Assembly (NCBI GenBank): GCA_947630135.1
Contig: CANRGH010000009.1
Coordinates: forward strand, 1,287 to 65,286
Direction of reading: 5' to 3'
Length of the DNA stretch: 64,000 nucleotides
From: an uncultured Monoglobus sp.
Lineage (GTDB): Bacteria; Bacillota; Clostridia; Monoglobales; Monoglobaceae
This document shows, one piece after another, positions 16,927 to 26,125 of this stretch. The notes under the pieces were generated by a model that was given only the letters and a program-made list of their open reading frames with translations, had not been told where the DNA came from and did not search any database. A program made the translations under genes and the position numbers. Numbering within the stretch: the stretch's first letter is position 1; each line of letters begins with the position of its first letter.

Positions 16927-18294
16927 ATGATTTATATTAACTTTGACAAGAGCAGCAGCGAGCCACTTTATGTTCAGACATTCACTCAGCTCGCTCATAA
17001 AATCAATCACGGCGAGATCGAACCCGGATCAAAGCTGCCGTCGCAGAGGCAGATGGCGAAGGATCTCGGCATTTCGGTCAACACGATAACCAACGCGTAT
17101 AATATGCTCGCAATGTACGGATATGTTATCCCGTCCGAACGTTCGGGGTATTTCGTCAAGGAGATCGAAAAGGCCGACGATGAGCCCGACCGCCTCTGGA
17201 GGAGCAATGCGCCGTATGTTTTTAACTTCAGCCGGAACGGTGTTGACCTCAGCATCTCTTCGGCTTTTCGCCGCGCTCATAAACAGGCCGCGCGCTTTGA
17301 TGAGGATGCTTTTTCGTATCCGGATTATATCGGAAGCTATGATCTGCGAAAACAAATTTCATCCATGCTTAACAAAACTCAGGGTATTCAGGCAAGCCCG
17401 GTCCAGATAATAATCGGAACAGACATCACCCGCCTTATGGACGCGCTGCTGCGCGTGATCGGCTCGGATCTGACTATCGGCCTTGAAAATCCCGCGTACA
17501 ACAAAATCGCCCAATTTGTTAACCTCGGCGCGCAAAAGGTCAAATATTTAAACATTCCCGAAAGCGGGATTAACGCGGACGTTTTCAAAAACTTTGACGC
17601 GGATATTATGTTTCTCATGCCGTTCCACCACTACCCGCTGTATTACAAAATGTCTGCGGAACAAAAGAAAGACATTTTAAACTGGGCGGGAGCCGATCGC
17701 TATATAATCGAATACGGCTATGACATGGACTTTGTGTACTCCAATCCCTCGGAGCCGCTTTACTCGATGACCGAGAACAAAAACGTAATATTCGCGGGCG
17801 ACTTCACAAGAAACGTCTCGCCCTCGATCTCCGCGGCGTATATGGTGCTGCCGGAGCATATGCTCACCAAATGGCAAAAGGTTTTCTACACATATCATTC
17901 CGACGTCAGCGCCCAGACGCAAAATTTCATCACCGAAATAATCCGCGACGGCAGTCTTTATTCAAACATAAACAGGCTAAAAAGAATATACGGCAGGAAG
18001 CGTAAACTGCTAATAAACACGATCAAAAGCCACAGCTTCGGCGATCATATCGAGATTCTGAACGCGGAATGCGGCACAACGCTGTTGATCAGGCCGGATA
18101 TTGACGCGGACGAGGAATTTCTTATCGACATCGCTCACGAAAACGGCGTCAAACTCTCGTTCATCAAAAACGCGCTTGAAAGGCCGAACCCGATCATCTC
18201 AAAGCGGCTGTTCATTCTCGGCTTCGGCGAGCTCAGAGACGATGAGATCATAATGGGCATAAACCGCCTGCTGGACATCTGGAAATCAATTTAA
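16927..18294 (+). CDS. MocR/GabR-family regulator (GntR wHTH plus aminotransferase-like domain) with a degenerate PLP site
   Basis: KLPSQRQMAKDLGISVNT wHTH; the C-domain follows the MocR pattern but has EYGY and DFTR in place of EDDY and SFSK. Confidence 0.85.
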   Translation: MIYINFDKSSSEPLYVQTFTQLAHKINHGEIEPGSKLPSQRQMAKDLGISVNTITNAYNMLAMYGYVIPSERSGYFVKEIEKADDEPDRLWRSNAPYVFNFSRNGVDLSISSAFRRAHKQAARFDEDAFSYPDYIGSYDLRKQISSMLNKTQGIQASPVQIIIGTDITRLMDALLRVIGSDLTIGLENPAYNKIAQFVNLGAQKVKYLNIPESGINADVFKNFDADIMFLMPFHHYPLYYKMSAEQKKDILNWAGADRYIIEYGYDMDFVYSNPSEPLYSMTENKNVIFAGDFTRNVSPSISAAYMVLPEHMLTKWQKVFYTYHSDVSAQTQNFITEIIRDGSLYSNINRLKRIYGRKRKLLINTIKSHSFGDHIEILNAECGTTLLIRPDIDADEEFLIDIAHENGVKLSFIKNALERPNPIISKRLFILGFGELRDDEIIMGINRLLDIWKSI

Positions 18295-18297
18295 AGC

Positions 18298-18330
18298 AAG
18301 CCCGCGGAGAACTATCCGCGGGCGCGTTTT
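18298..18330. terminator. Bidirectional terminator between mocR and uvrC
   Basis: GCCCGCGGA-GAACTA-TCCGCGGGC. Confidence 0.75.
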
Positions 18331-20197
18331 ATTTGTGGTAATAGTCATAGACATTTCGCGCCGTGCGCTTGTCAACGGCGGTTTCAAGCTCCTCGACGGT
18401 CGCGGACTTTATCTTGTCGATCGACGAAAAATAAAGCAGAAGCTTGTTTCTCTTCGCGGGGCCGACGCCGCTGATCTCGTCAAGCTCGCTGCGCAGACCG
18501 GCCTTAACATGCTTTTTGCGGAAGGTCGTTATCGCGTAGCGGTGAACCTCCTCCTGGATCGAGGTCAGGAACCTGAACAGCTCGCCGCCGCGGTCAATAT
18601 CAAATTCCTCATGAATATCGGTTAAGGCGCGCGTGCGGTGGTTGTCGTCCTTGACCATGCCGTAGACGGGGATCTCCTCGCCCATTGTGTCAAACAGTTC
18701 GCGCACCGCCGAAACATGTCCCTTGCCTCCGTCAAGCAGTATCAGATCGGGCAGCGGCAAAAATTTGGCCTTATCGGGCTCAAGTTTGCCCGCGGCAATA
18801 TCATCCTCTTCCTTGTACGCGCGGTTAATGCGGCGAAATATTACCTCTCTGGTACTCTCGTAATCGTCGGCGCCCTCGACCGTTTTGATGTTAAACTTTC
18901 TGTAAGCGGATTTAAGCGGCACAGCCTTGTCGTAAACCACGCAGACGCCGACGCTCTGCGCGCCCGAAATGTTGGATATGTCATAGCTCTCTATTCTGAA
19001 CGGAACATCGCCTAGCTGAAGCAGCTCCATAAGCTCCTTCAGCACCGCGTTGCGGTCGGTCTGCTCCTTGTCGCGCTTGAACTTGTGGATTTTAAGCGAC
19101 TCCTCGGCGTTTTTGTTGACCATTTCAACAGTCCGCGCCTTAGAGCCGCGGACCGGCTTGTGAACGTTTATCTTGTGGCCGCATTTTTCGGTCAGCCACT
19201 TGGAAATATCGTCACAGTCCTCGATCTCGACCGGAATAAGTATCTCTCTCGGGATGCTCGTTGCGGAGAAATAGAACTGTTTCAAAAAGCTTGAAACAAG
19301 CTCGGACGGCTCATCCTCAAAATTCTCAAAAACGTATTTTTCTGAACCGAGCATCTTGCCGCCGCGCATGTAAAAGAGCTGGACGCAGCAATCCTTTCCG
19401 TCGCTGAAAAATCCGATTATGTCGCGATTGTCCTCGTTTGTGGATATGATCTTCTGTTTCTCGTCAAGCGCTTTAAGGTGCGCAATGCTGTCGCGCAGGC
19501 TTGCCGCCTTTTCAAATTCCAGGCGCTCCGAGGCCTTGTACATCTTTCTTGTCAGCTCTTCCTCCAGAATTGAGTAGTTTCCCGACAGCACCGACGAGAT
19601 CTTTCCGAACATCTCGGAATACTCCTCTGCGGATATTCTGCCGTCGCACGGGGCGCTGCACTGACCGATATGGTAATAAAGACACGGCCTGCCTTTTCCT
19701 ATGTCGCGCGGCAGGACCTTGTTGCAGGTTCTTATCTTGAAAATCTTTTTTATTATCTCAAGCGTCTCCTTGGTGTTGCTCGAGCTCATGTAGGGGCCGA
19801 AATATTTCGAGCCGTCCTTCTCGAGCCTGCGCGTCAGAAAAATCCTCGGGAACGGCTCGCTCGACGTGATTTTAATATACGGGTACTGCTTGTCGTCCTT
19901 GAGCAGGATATTATACTTGGGCATATATTTCTTTATAAGGTTGCACTCCAATATCAGGGCCTCGACCTCGCTGTCGGTCAGGATATAGTCAAAGTCGAAT
20001 ATATTCTCGACAAGCCGCAGAGTTTTTACGTTATGGCTTTTGGAATTGATAAAATACGAGCTCACGCGGTTTTTTAAGACCTTGCTTTTGCCCACGTAAA
20101 TAACGGCGCCCTGCTCGTTTTTCATAAGATAAACTCCGGGCGATACGGGAAGAGTCTTCAGTTTTTCCTTGATCCTGTTTAACGTTTCCTCTGTCAT
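18329..20197 (-). CDS. uvrC: Excinuclease ABC subunit C
   Basis: GIY-YIG (GVYLMK...IYVGKSK), RIESYDISN, LPDLILLDGGKG, HhH tail. Confidence 0.97.
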   Translation of the reverse strand: MTEETLNRIKEKLKTLPVSPGVYLMKNEQGAVIYVGKSKVLKNRVSSYFINSKSHNVKTLRLVENIFDFDYILTDSEVEALILECNLIKKYMPKYNILLKDDKQYPYIKITSSEPFPRIFLTRRLEKDGSKYFGPYMSSSNTKETLEIIKKIFKIRTCNKVLPRDIGKGRPCLYYHIGQCSAPCDGRISAEEYSEMFGKISSVLSGNYSILEEELTRKMYKASERLEFEKAASLRDSIAHLKALDEKQKIISTNEDNRDIIGFFSDGKDCCVQLFYMRGGKMLGSEKYVFENFEDEPSELVSSFLKQFYFSATSIPREILIPVEIEDCDDISKWLTEKCGHKINVHKPVRGSKARTVEMVNKNAEESLKIHKFKRDKEQTDRNAVLKELMELLQLGDVPFRIESYDISNISGAQSVGVCVVYDKAVPLKSAYRKFNIKTVEGADDYESTREVIFRRINRAYKEEDDIAAGKLEPDKAKFLPLPDLILLDGGKGHVSAVRELFDTMGEEIPVYGMVKDDNHRTRALTDIHEEFDIDRGGELFRFLTSIQEEVHRYAITTFRKKHVKAGLRSELDEISGVGPAKRNKLLLYFSSIDKIKSATVEELETAVDKRTARNVYDYYHK

Positions 20198-20282
20198 GAT
20201 TACATTATCTCCAAAATCCCGATTATTAAAAAAGGTAAACCTGTCAACGACGGTTTACCCTGTTAATGCTAAAAAATACGGA

Positions 20283-20543
20283 TTATGCAAAGTTTGATGA
20301 AATAAGATTAACCAAATCGTTGACCGCATCCTCCTCATCGGCGCCGTCGGCGATGATGGTTATCGTGAGACCCTTGGTTATTCCCAGCGACAACACGCCG
20401 AGCAGACTCTTGGCGTTAACTTTTCTGTCGTCGCTCTCGACCCAAATGCTTGATTTATACTCATTGGCCTTCTGTATAAAGAAAGTTGCCGGTCTCGCGT
20501 GCAGTCCAACCTGATTTTGAACGACTACTTCTTTCATGTACAT
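20283..20543 (-). CDS. ptsH: Phosphocarrier protein HPr
   Basis: With the start at 20543, GLH15ARP and NAKS46 fall exactly on canonical His15 and Ser46. Confidence 0.95.
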   Translation of the reverse strand: MYMKEVVVQNQVGLHARPATFFIQKANEYKSSIWVESDDRKVNAKSLLGVLSLGITKGLTITIIADGADEEDAVNDLVNLISSNFA

Positions 20544-20799
20544 AATACCCGCTCCTTTATTTCTTATAATAAATACCGCCAAAACAGACAGCGGTTCAAA
20601 AACAACAATAATATAATACTAAAATTTTAAAAATAAGTCAAGCGAAATTTTTGAAAATATACCCCCAAAAGGCCATTTTTGAGCAATCTTGTATGACTGC
20701 ATAAAATCATAAAAAATATTAAAAATTAATTTGTTAATTTTATCAACATTTAATTGAAAGTCATATTTTAAAAAAATATTGTTTTATTTGTCAAAAAAA

Positions 20800-20843
20800 C
20801 AGTGATCAGGAACTATTCGCTATTCGCTAATTCCTAATCACTA
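20800..20843 (-). terminator. tRNA-Ser terminator with a heptamer-repeat loop
   Basis: AGTGATTAGGAA/TTCCTGATCACT stem followed by GTTTTTTT. Confidence 0.75.
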
Positions 20844-20846
20844 CGT

Positions 20847-20935
20847 TGGCGGACGGGGTGGGATTCGAACCCACGTGCCGTTTCCGACAAACTGATTTCG
20901 AGTCAGCCCCGTTATGACCACTTCGATACCCGTCC
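20847..20935 (-). tRNA. tRNA-Ser (CGA)
   Basis: GCTGA-CT-CGA-AA-TCAGT anticodon arm, long variable arm, GGTTCGAATCC, CCA. Confidence 0.95.
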
Positions 20936-20998
20936 GTGCTGCAACTATACCATATTAACACAATTTAATTGTAATTGCAAGACTTTTTTTAAAATTTT

Positions 20999-21922
20999 TT
21001 AAATAAATTCGGCAAAATATTTTTTGAGCATAAAAACCGGCTTATATCTCGTCTTGGAACGTCTCAAGCCCACAAGGCCGATATCCTCTTCCATGTTGGT
21101 ATATTTGGCCCTGTCACAGAATGTCCTCGCGTGCTCGCGCAAAATGTATTTATATATCTGCTGATACGCGACATCGCCCTTTTGCGCGATTATGTCAAAC
21201 GCCCCGCCGGGCAGGATAGTTCCGTAGGCGTAGCCGCGGATCGCTCTGCCGATGCTGACCGCTATGCCCTCAAGGCCGAGCACCTCAAAATTTTTCAGTC
21301 CGCGCAGCACCGAGTCATTCTCGGCCTCAAGCGACACGCTGTTCATGTTGCGGCCAATATTCTCCGAAAGCCAGTCGCGCTGGAATTTCATAACCTTGTC
21401 AATATTCGACTTTGAAATCGGCTCAACCGAAACCTCGTCGCCGTAAAGATTTAAAAATCTGTGAATTGCCCTGCGCTGCTTCGCGAGCGCGGACGAGTCG
21501 AAGTTGCGGAAGCTGTCGCTTAGATAGATATACTCATTCCAGTCCTCAGACTCGGTAAACTTAAAGCGATATTCGGGTATATCCTCAAGCGCGGCCCTTT
21601 GATCGTCAGTCACCGCGAAAAAGTAAGGCTTCTGCTTTGCTCTGCGCGCGGTACCCGCGACCGTGTCGATCGCGGATTTCAGATCGCCCTCGCCAATCGG
21701 GAGAAAATACGCCGTCTTTTCGGAGGAAACAACACCCGGCTTGCGCCGAAGCTGCCTTATATACAAAAAATTCTTAGACTCCGCGATCTCCGTGCCGTAT
21801 TCCAATGCTTGACAATACAGATTGGCAAAATTCATCTGACATGAATTCGAGCCGGTTTTGCTTAAGTATTCTGTTATCTTATCTCTGTCCGCAAGACTGA
21901 TCGGTCTGAAAACTAAAATTAT
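20999..21922 (-). CDS. DUF2156 / phosphatidylglycerol lysyltransferase C-terminal-like (aa-tRNA-dependent GNAT) protein, probable non-canonical ATA start
   Basis: EYIYLSDS...NMEEDIGLVGLRRSKTRYKP; frame stays open upstream of the ATG at 21835 (VFRPISLADRDKITEYL) up to an AAGGAG RBS. Confidence 0.78.
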   Translation of the reverse strand: MILVFRPISLADRDKITEYLSKTGSNSCQMNFANLYCQALEYGTEIAESKNFLYIRQLRRKPGVVSSEKTAYFLPIGEGDLKSAIDTVAGTARRAKQKPYFFAVTDDQRAALEDIPEYRFKFTESEDWNEYIYLSDSFRNFDSSALAKQRRAIHRFLNLYGDEVSVEPISKSNIDKVMKFQRDWLSENIGRNMNSVSLEAENDSVLRGLKNFEVLGLEGIAVSIGRAIRGYAYGTILPGGAFDIIAQKGDVAYQQIYKYILREHARTFCDRAKYTNMEEDIGLVGLRRSKTRYKPVFMLKKYFAEFI

Positions 21923-21933
21923 AATGCACTCCT

Positions 21934-22440
21934 TTAAATAATTTGTTGATCAAGCTCCGAAAGAACGGGAAATCCTTCCCTATATTCCTTGACCATGTCC
22001 GGATTTTTCACGGCCTCTTCCTCTATGACCTTTCCAAGGCCGCTCTCCACAAGCTCCCTCACCGTTTCAAGCGGAAGCTTGTTGATCTCGGGGCATGTGG
22101 GGGTCAGCGCGATCACCGTCTTATCGCCTTTATTCATAATTCTAAGGGGCCAGATTTTGCAGTCAAGCGGCTTTTCGCCGTCGCTCAGCATACAGCCCTT
22201 GCGGCCGTCCAAAAAGAAACAGGCCGCCTCCTCTTCCGGATCGTCGGTTTTATATTCGCCGTCAATATCGATCGTCAGCATATCGCCAACCTGTCTGAAT
22301 TTCGCGTTTTTATATTTTTCGGACAGCGCCGCCGCGGTCTCTTTGGTGAAAAGCGGCGTTTCCCAGCGGCTCTGCCGCCTGAAAACACAGCAAAATTTAC
22401 ACTCGGCGCATTTGCTTTTTGAAAGGATCGAAGAAAGCAC
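21934..22440 (-). CDS. YkgJ-like cysteine-cluster (CxxCxxCC) protein
   Basis: CAECKFCC, CFFL...GCML...KPLDCKIWP; GTG start. Confidence 0.75.
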   Translation of the reverse strand: MLSSILSKSKCAECKFCCVFRRQSRWETPLFTKETAAALSEKYKNAKFRQVGDMLTIDIDGEYKTDDPEEEAACFFLDGRKGCMLSDGEKPLDCKIWPLRIMNKGDKTVIALTPTCPEINKLPLETVRELVESGLGKVIEEEAVKNPDMVKEYREGFPVLSELDQQII

Positions 22441-22556
22441 AAAATCACCTCAAAAGTTAATCATCAAATTAAGCAACCGCTGATTAAGACGGTATTTAAT
22501 CAGCGGTTGCTTAAGCAGAGCCGCCGCAAGGCGGCTCCGCTTAAAATGCAATTTAC

Positions 22557-22982
22557 TTAATCTGCCAACGCCTCGCCGATAGTGTTAACCATCTCGGCAT
22601 ACTCCGCGTCATCAAGATAAACCCTGTCGGGGTTCATGGCAAATGTGCCGCCCCACTCAAACTCATCAGTGTACTTGGGCACAAGATGAACGTGAAGGTG
22701 ATGACCGGTGTCACCGTAGGCTCCGTAATTAACCTTTTGGGGCTTAAAGATATTCTGCAAAGCTGTCGATATCTTCGCAATATCCTCAATATACGCGGCG
22801 CGCTCGGCGGCGGTGAGCTCTGTCATGTCGCCTACATGCTTTTTGTGGGCTGCGATAACTCTGCCCCTGTGGCTCTGCTCCTTGAACAAATATACCTTGC
22901 AGGTGTCAAGCTCGCAAATCTTTATTCCGAACTTGGCCACAAGCTCGCCCTCAACGCAGTAAGCGCAGTTGTTGTCAATCAT
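22557..22982 (-). CDS. HIT-family hydrolase
   Basis: CAYC N-terminus, KVNYGAYGD, HLHVHLVP triad. Confidence 0.9.
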   Translation of the reverse strand: MIDNNCAYCVEGELVAKFGIKICELDTCKVYLFKEQSHRGRVIAAHKKHVGDMTELTAAERAAYIEDIAKISTALQNIFKPQKVNYGAYGDTGHHLHVHLVPKYTDEFEWGGTFAMNPDRVYLDDAEYAEMVNTIGEALAD

Positions 22983-23019
22983 TTCGGTTCCTCCTTAAAT
23001 TTATTCCGAAACCGGAAAA

Positions 23020-24102
23020 CTATTCGTTAATTTCTATCTCCTGGGTTTTTGAAACATCCTCATTTTTGGATTTTTCAATTGCCGCGCCCGTCTCGCGCGC
23101 CTCGGCCTCTTTCGCGATGTTTTCCTTAACCACATCGTTGAACTTGGTGTCGGCCTTGACCTGCTCGGACTTAACATTCTTTTCCTTCTGTCCCGCGGGC
23201 TGGCTCTGATCCTTCTTCTGAGCCGCCTTCTTAGCCTTTAAGGCCTCAATCTGCTCGGGAGTGAGCTTAGGCTTCGCGGGCTTTGGCTCGGGACGAACCA
23301 GGCCCTCGGGCGTAACCTTGTTGATAGCCTTCTGAGGGCATTTCTGGGCGCACAGGCCGCAGTTTACGCACTTCGCGGGATCGATAACTGCGAGGTTGTC
23401 GCTGATCGAAATAGCGCCCTTCGGACATGTCTTGGCGCAAATTCCGCAGCCGATACAGCCGACCTGGCAGTCATGACGCGTAACCTTGCCCTTTTCAACG
23501 CTCTTGCAGTTGATGGTATATTTGCTGCGCAAAGGCAGGATCTTAATGACCTTTTTCGGACATTCCTCGGCGCAGGCGCCACAGGCGACGCACTTGTCGA
23601 TATTGACGTAGGCAACGCCGTTCTGAATGCTTATCGCGCCAAACTTACAAACCTTGACGCAGGAGCCGAAGCCCAGGCAGCCGTAGGCGCACATCTTCTC
23701 GCCGCCGCCCAGCTTGTGGGCGCTGTAGCAGTCGCGCGGACCGTCAAAATAATACTTCTGAACCGCTCTGTCAGGGCTGCCGTTACAGAGAACGCGCGCA
23801 ACCATTCTTTCTTTCTTCTCAGCGGTAACGCCCATGATCTCCGCGATCTGATTTGCCACGGCCTCGCCGCCGACGGGACACATATTTGTCTTGACTCCGC
23901 CCTTGCAGAGCGCAGCAGCGTAGGCCGAACAGCCCGCGAAACCGCAGCCGCCGCAGTTGGCGCCGGGGAGCACTTCCAAAATCTTGGGAATACGCTCGTC
24001 TTCCTTCACGGCGAACACTTTTGAGGCAACGCCCAGCAGAACGCCGAATACCAAACCCATACCTCCGATTATAAGGATGGGAACCAAAATACTGTTAAAC
24101 AT
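23020..24102 (-). CDS. rnfB: Rnf complex subunit B
   Basis: LPGANCGGCGFAGC, several CxxCxxCxxxCP motifs; long charged C-terminal tail. Confidence 0.93.
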   Translation of the reverse strand: MFNSILVPILIIGGMGLVFGVLLGVASKVFAVKEDERIPKILEVLPGANCGGCGFAGCSAYAAALCKGGVKTNMCPVGGEAVANQIAEIMGVTAEKKERMVARVLCNGSPDRAVQKYYFDGPRDCYSAHKLGGGEKMCAYGCLGFGSCVKVCKFGAISIQNGVAYVNIDKCVACGACAEECPKKVIKILPLRSKYTINCKSVEKGKVTRHDCQVGCIGCGICAKTCPKGAISISDNLAVIDPAKCVNCGLCAQKCPQKAINKVTPEGLVRPEPKPAKPKLTPEQIEALKAKKAAQKKDQSQPAGQKEKNVKSEQVKADTKFNDVVKENIAKEAEARETGAAIEKSKNEDVSKTQEIEINE

Positions 24103-24116
24103 CTACTTCCCCTCCT

Positions 24117-24710
24117 TTAAAAGCTGAGTCCCGAGAAGCCGAGAAACGCGATCGAAAGGAGCGCCGCCGTAACAAGAGTAATCGGCATGCCCTTCAGGAA
24201 CTCGGGAACATTGGAACTTTCAAGTCTCTCTCTCACGCCGGCGAACAGCACGATCGCGATCGTGAAGCCGATACCGGCGGAAACACCGTAAACCAATGAT
24301 TTAACGAAGCTCATTTCCACGCCCGTGAACTTTGTTATATTCTGGATGGCAACGCCCAGCACCGCGCAGTTGGTGGTGATAAGGGGCAGATAAACTCCCA
24401 GAGCGCTGTAGAGCGACGGAATTGACTTCTTCAAAAACATCTCAACGAACTGTACCAGAACCGCTATAACCAGAATAAACGCGATCGTCTGCAAATATTC
24501 AAGGTGGAACGGAACCAGCAGATAATACTGAACACACCATGTTATAATGGACGCGCAGGCCATAACGAATATTACCGCGAAGCCCATGCCGACCGATGTG
24601 TCAACCTTTTTGGATACGCCTAAGAACGGGCATATGCCGAGGAACTGAACCAGCACGAAGTTGTTGATAAGGATCGCGCCGATTGCTATAATCAATAAAT
24701 CCGCTACCAT
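24117..24710 (-). CDS. rnfA: Rnf complex subunit A
   Basis: NNFVLVQFLGICPFLG, YLPLITTNCAVLG. Confidence 0.95.
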   Translation of the reverse strand: MVADLLIIAIGAILINNFVLVQFLGICPFLGVSKKVDTSVGMGFAVIFVMACASIITWCVQYYLLVPFHLEYLQTIAFILVIAVLVQFVEMFLKKSIPSLYSALGVYLPLITTNCAVLGVAIQNITKFTGVEMSFVKSLVYGVSAGIGFTIAIVLFAGVRERLESSNVPEFLKGMPITLVTAALLSIAFLGFSGLSF

Positions 24711-25352
24711 TTATATGCCCTCCTTTTCCGTATCATCAGATTTGTTTTTCTTGATCTTGCCGCCAATAACGTTGATAACCGCAAGCAGCACGCCGAGTGT
24801 CAGGAACGCGCCCGGAGGCAGGATCATGATCGAAACGGGCTTAAAGCTCTCGCCGAAAAGCGGAATGCCCGCGAATGTACCGGCGCCCAAAATCTCTCTT
24901 ACCGCGGCTATTATGCACAGCGAGCAGGTAAATCCGAGTCCCATTCCGAGACCGTCAAGAGCCGACTTGCCGACGGTGTTCTTGTTGGCGAACGCCTCGG
25001 CTCTGCCGAGAATAATACAGTTAACAACTATAAGCGGTATGTATATGCCCAAGCTGCTTGAGAGCGCCGGAACATAGGCGTTAAGCAGCATCTGAACGAT
25101 CGTTACAAAGCCCGCTATTATTACGATATACGAGGCAATTCTGATCTTGTCGGGAATGAACTTTCTCAAAAGCGAGATAACTATGTTCGAGCAGATCAGA
25201 ACGGCCGTTGTGGAAAGGCCCATGCCCACACCGTTTATAACGCCGGTTGTTACAGCCAGCGTGGGGCACATGCCGAGGAACAGCACAAGCGTCGGGTTCT
25301 CGGTGATAAGACCGTTTAAGAACGTTGACAAATAACCTTTTTTGTTTTCCAT
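24711..25352 (-). CDS. rnfE: Rnf complex subunit E
   Basis: ENPTLVLFLGMCPTLAVT, IPLIVVNCIILGRAE. Confidence 0.95.
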   Translation of the reverse strand: MENKKGYLSTFLNGLITENPTLVLFLGMCPTLAVTTGVINGVGMGLSTTAVLICSNIVISLLRKFIPDKIRIASYIVIIAGFVTIVQMLLNAYVPALSSSLGIYIPLIVVNCIILGRAEAFANKNTVGKSALDGLGMGLGFTCSLCIIAAVREILGAGTFAGIPLFGESFKPVSIMILPPGAFLTLGVLLAVINVIGGKIKKNKSDDTEKEGI

Positions 25353-26125
25353 TACTCGGCACCTCCTTCGGTTTCAGCGGCGTCAATTTCAGCCGTCTCG
25401 TCTGCCGGCGCTTCCTCCTGCTCGGGAGCGGCGCCTTCTTCGGCGGCCTCGCCTTCAGCTGCTTCCGTGTCCGCGGTAGCTTCTCCCTCAACAGCCTCAC
25501 CCTCCGCGGGGGCCTCGCCGTCGATCTCCGCTGCGGGCGCTCCGCCGCCGTTATCCGCGATCACTGTCATCGCCGCGCTCACGGAATTATTGACAGCCTT
25601 TGTCACAGCCCTTGAAGTGATCGTCGCGCCGGAGATAGCCTCGATCTTGTTGGGATTATTTCCCGCGCTTCCGTTTTTGTCAACGGCTATGTTTTCGGTA
25701 AGGCCGATATACTGATCGATCCAGTCGGTCTGGCACTTCGCGCCGAGACCGGGAGTCTCTTCCATTTCCGTAACCTTGACCTTTGTTATCTTTCCCTCGG
25801 CGTCAACGCCGGTCATAACAACAACGTCGCCGCCGTAACCCTCGGAGCAGACAGCCTCCGTGACATATCCGACAGGGGTTCCGTCGGCCGCCATGCCGCA
25901 GTACACGCCGTTCACCTTAACGCCCGCCTCGGGCTCGGGAAGCTTTGTGCCGTCAAGCTCAAAGTTCTCGGCTCCGGGGAGCAGTTCCTTAAGGTTGGCC
26001 TGGAACGTGGCCTCGTTATTCTCGGCGATGATCGGCTCTGTAACCATGTTGATGCCGCCGAGCAAAGCCGCCACGATCGCGGTGATAAGCAATAATTTAA
26101 TAGTAAGTGTAAGTATTTCTTTCAT
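25352..26125 (-). CDS. rnfG: Rnf complex subunit G
   Basis: GYGGD, ETPGLG, covalent-FMN motif ISGATITS; acidic tail. Confidence 0.93.
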   Translation of the reverse strand: MKEILTLTIKLLLITAIVAALLGGINMVTEPIIAENNEATFQANLKELLPGAENFELDGTKLPEPEAGVKVNGVYCGMAADGTPVGYVTEAVCSEGYGGDVVVMTGVDAEGKITKVKVTEMEETPGLGAKCQTDWIDQYIGLTENIAVDKNGSAGNNPNKIEAISGATITSRAVTKAVNNSVSAAMTVIADNGGGAPAAEIDGEAPAEGEAVEGEATADTEAAEGEAAEEGAAPEQEEAPADETAEIDAAETEGGAE

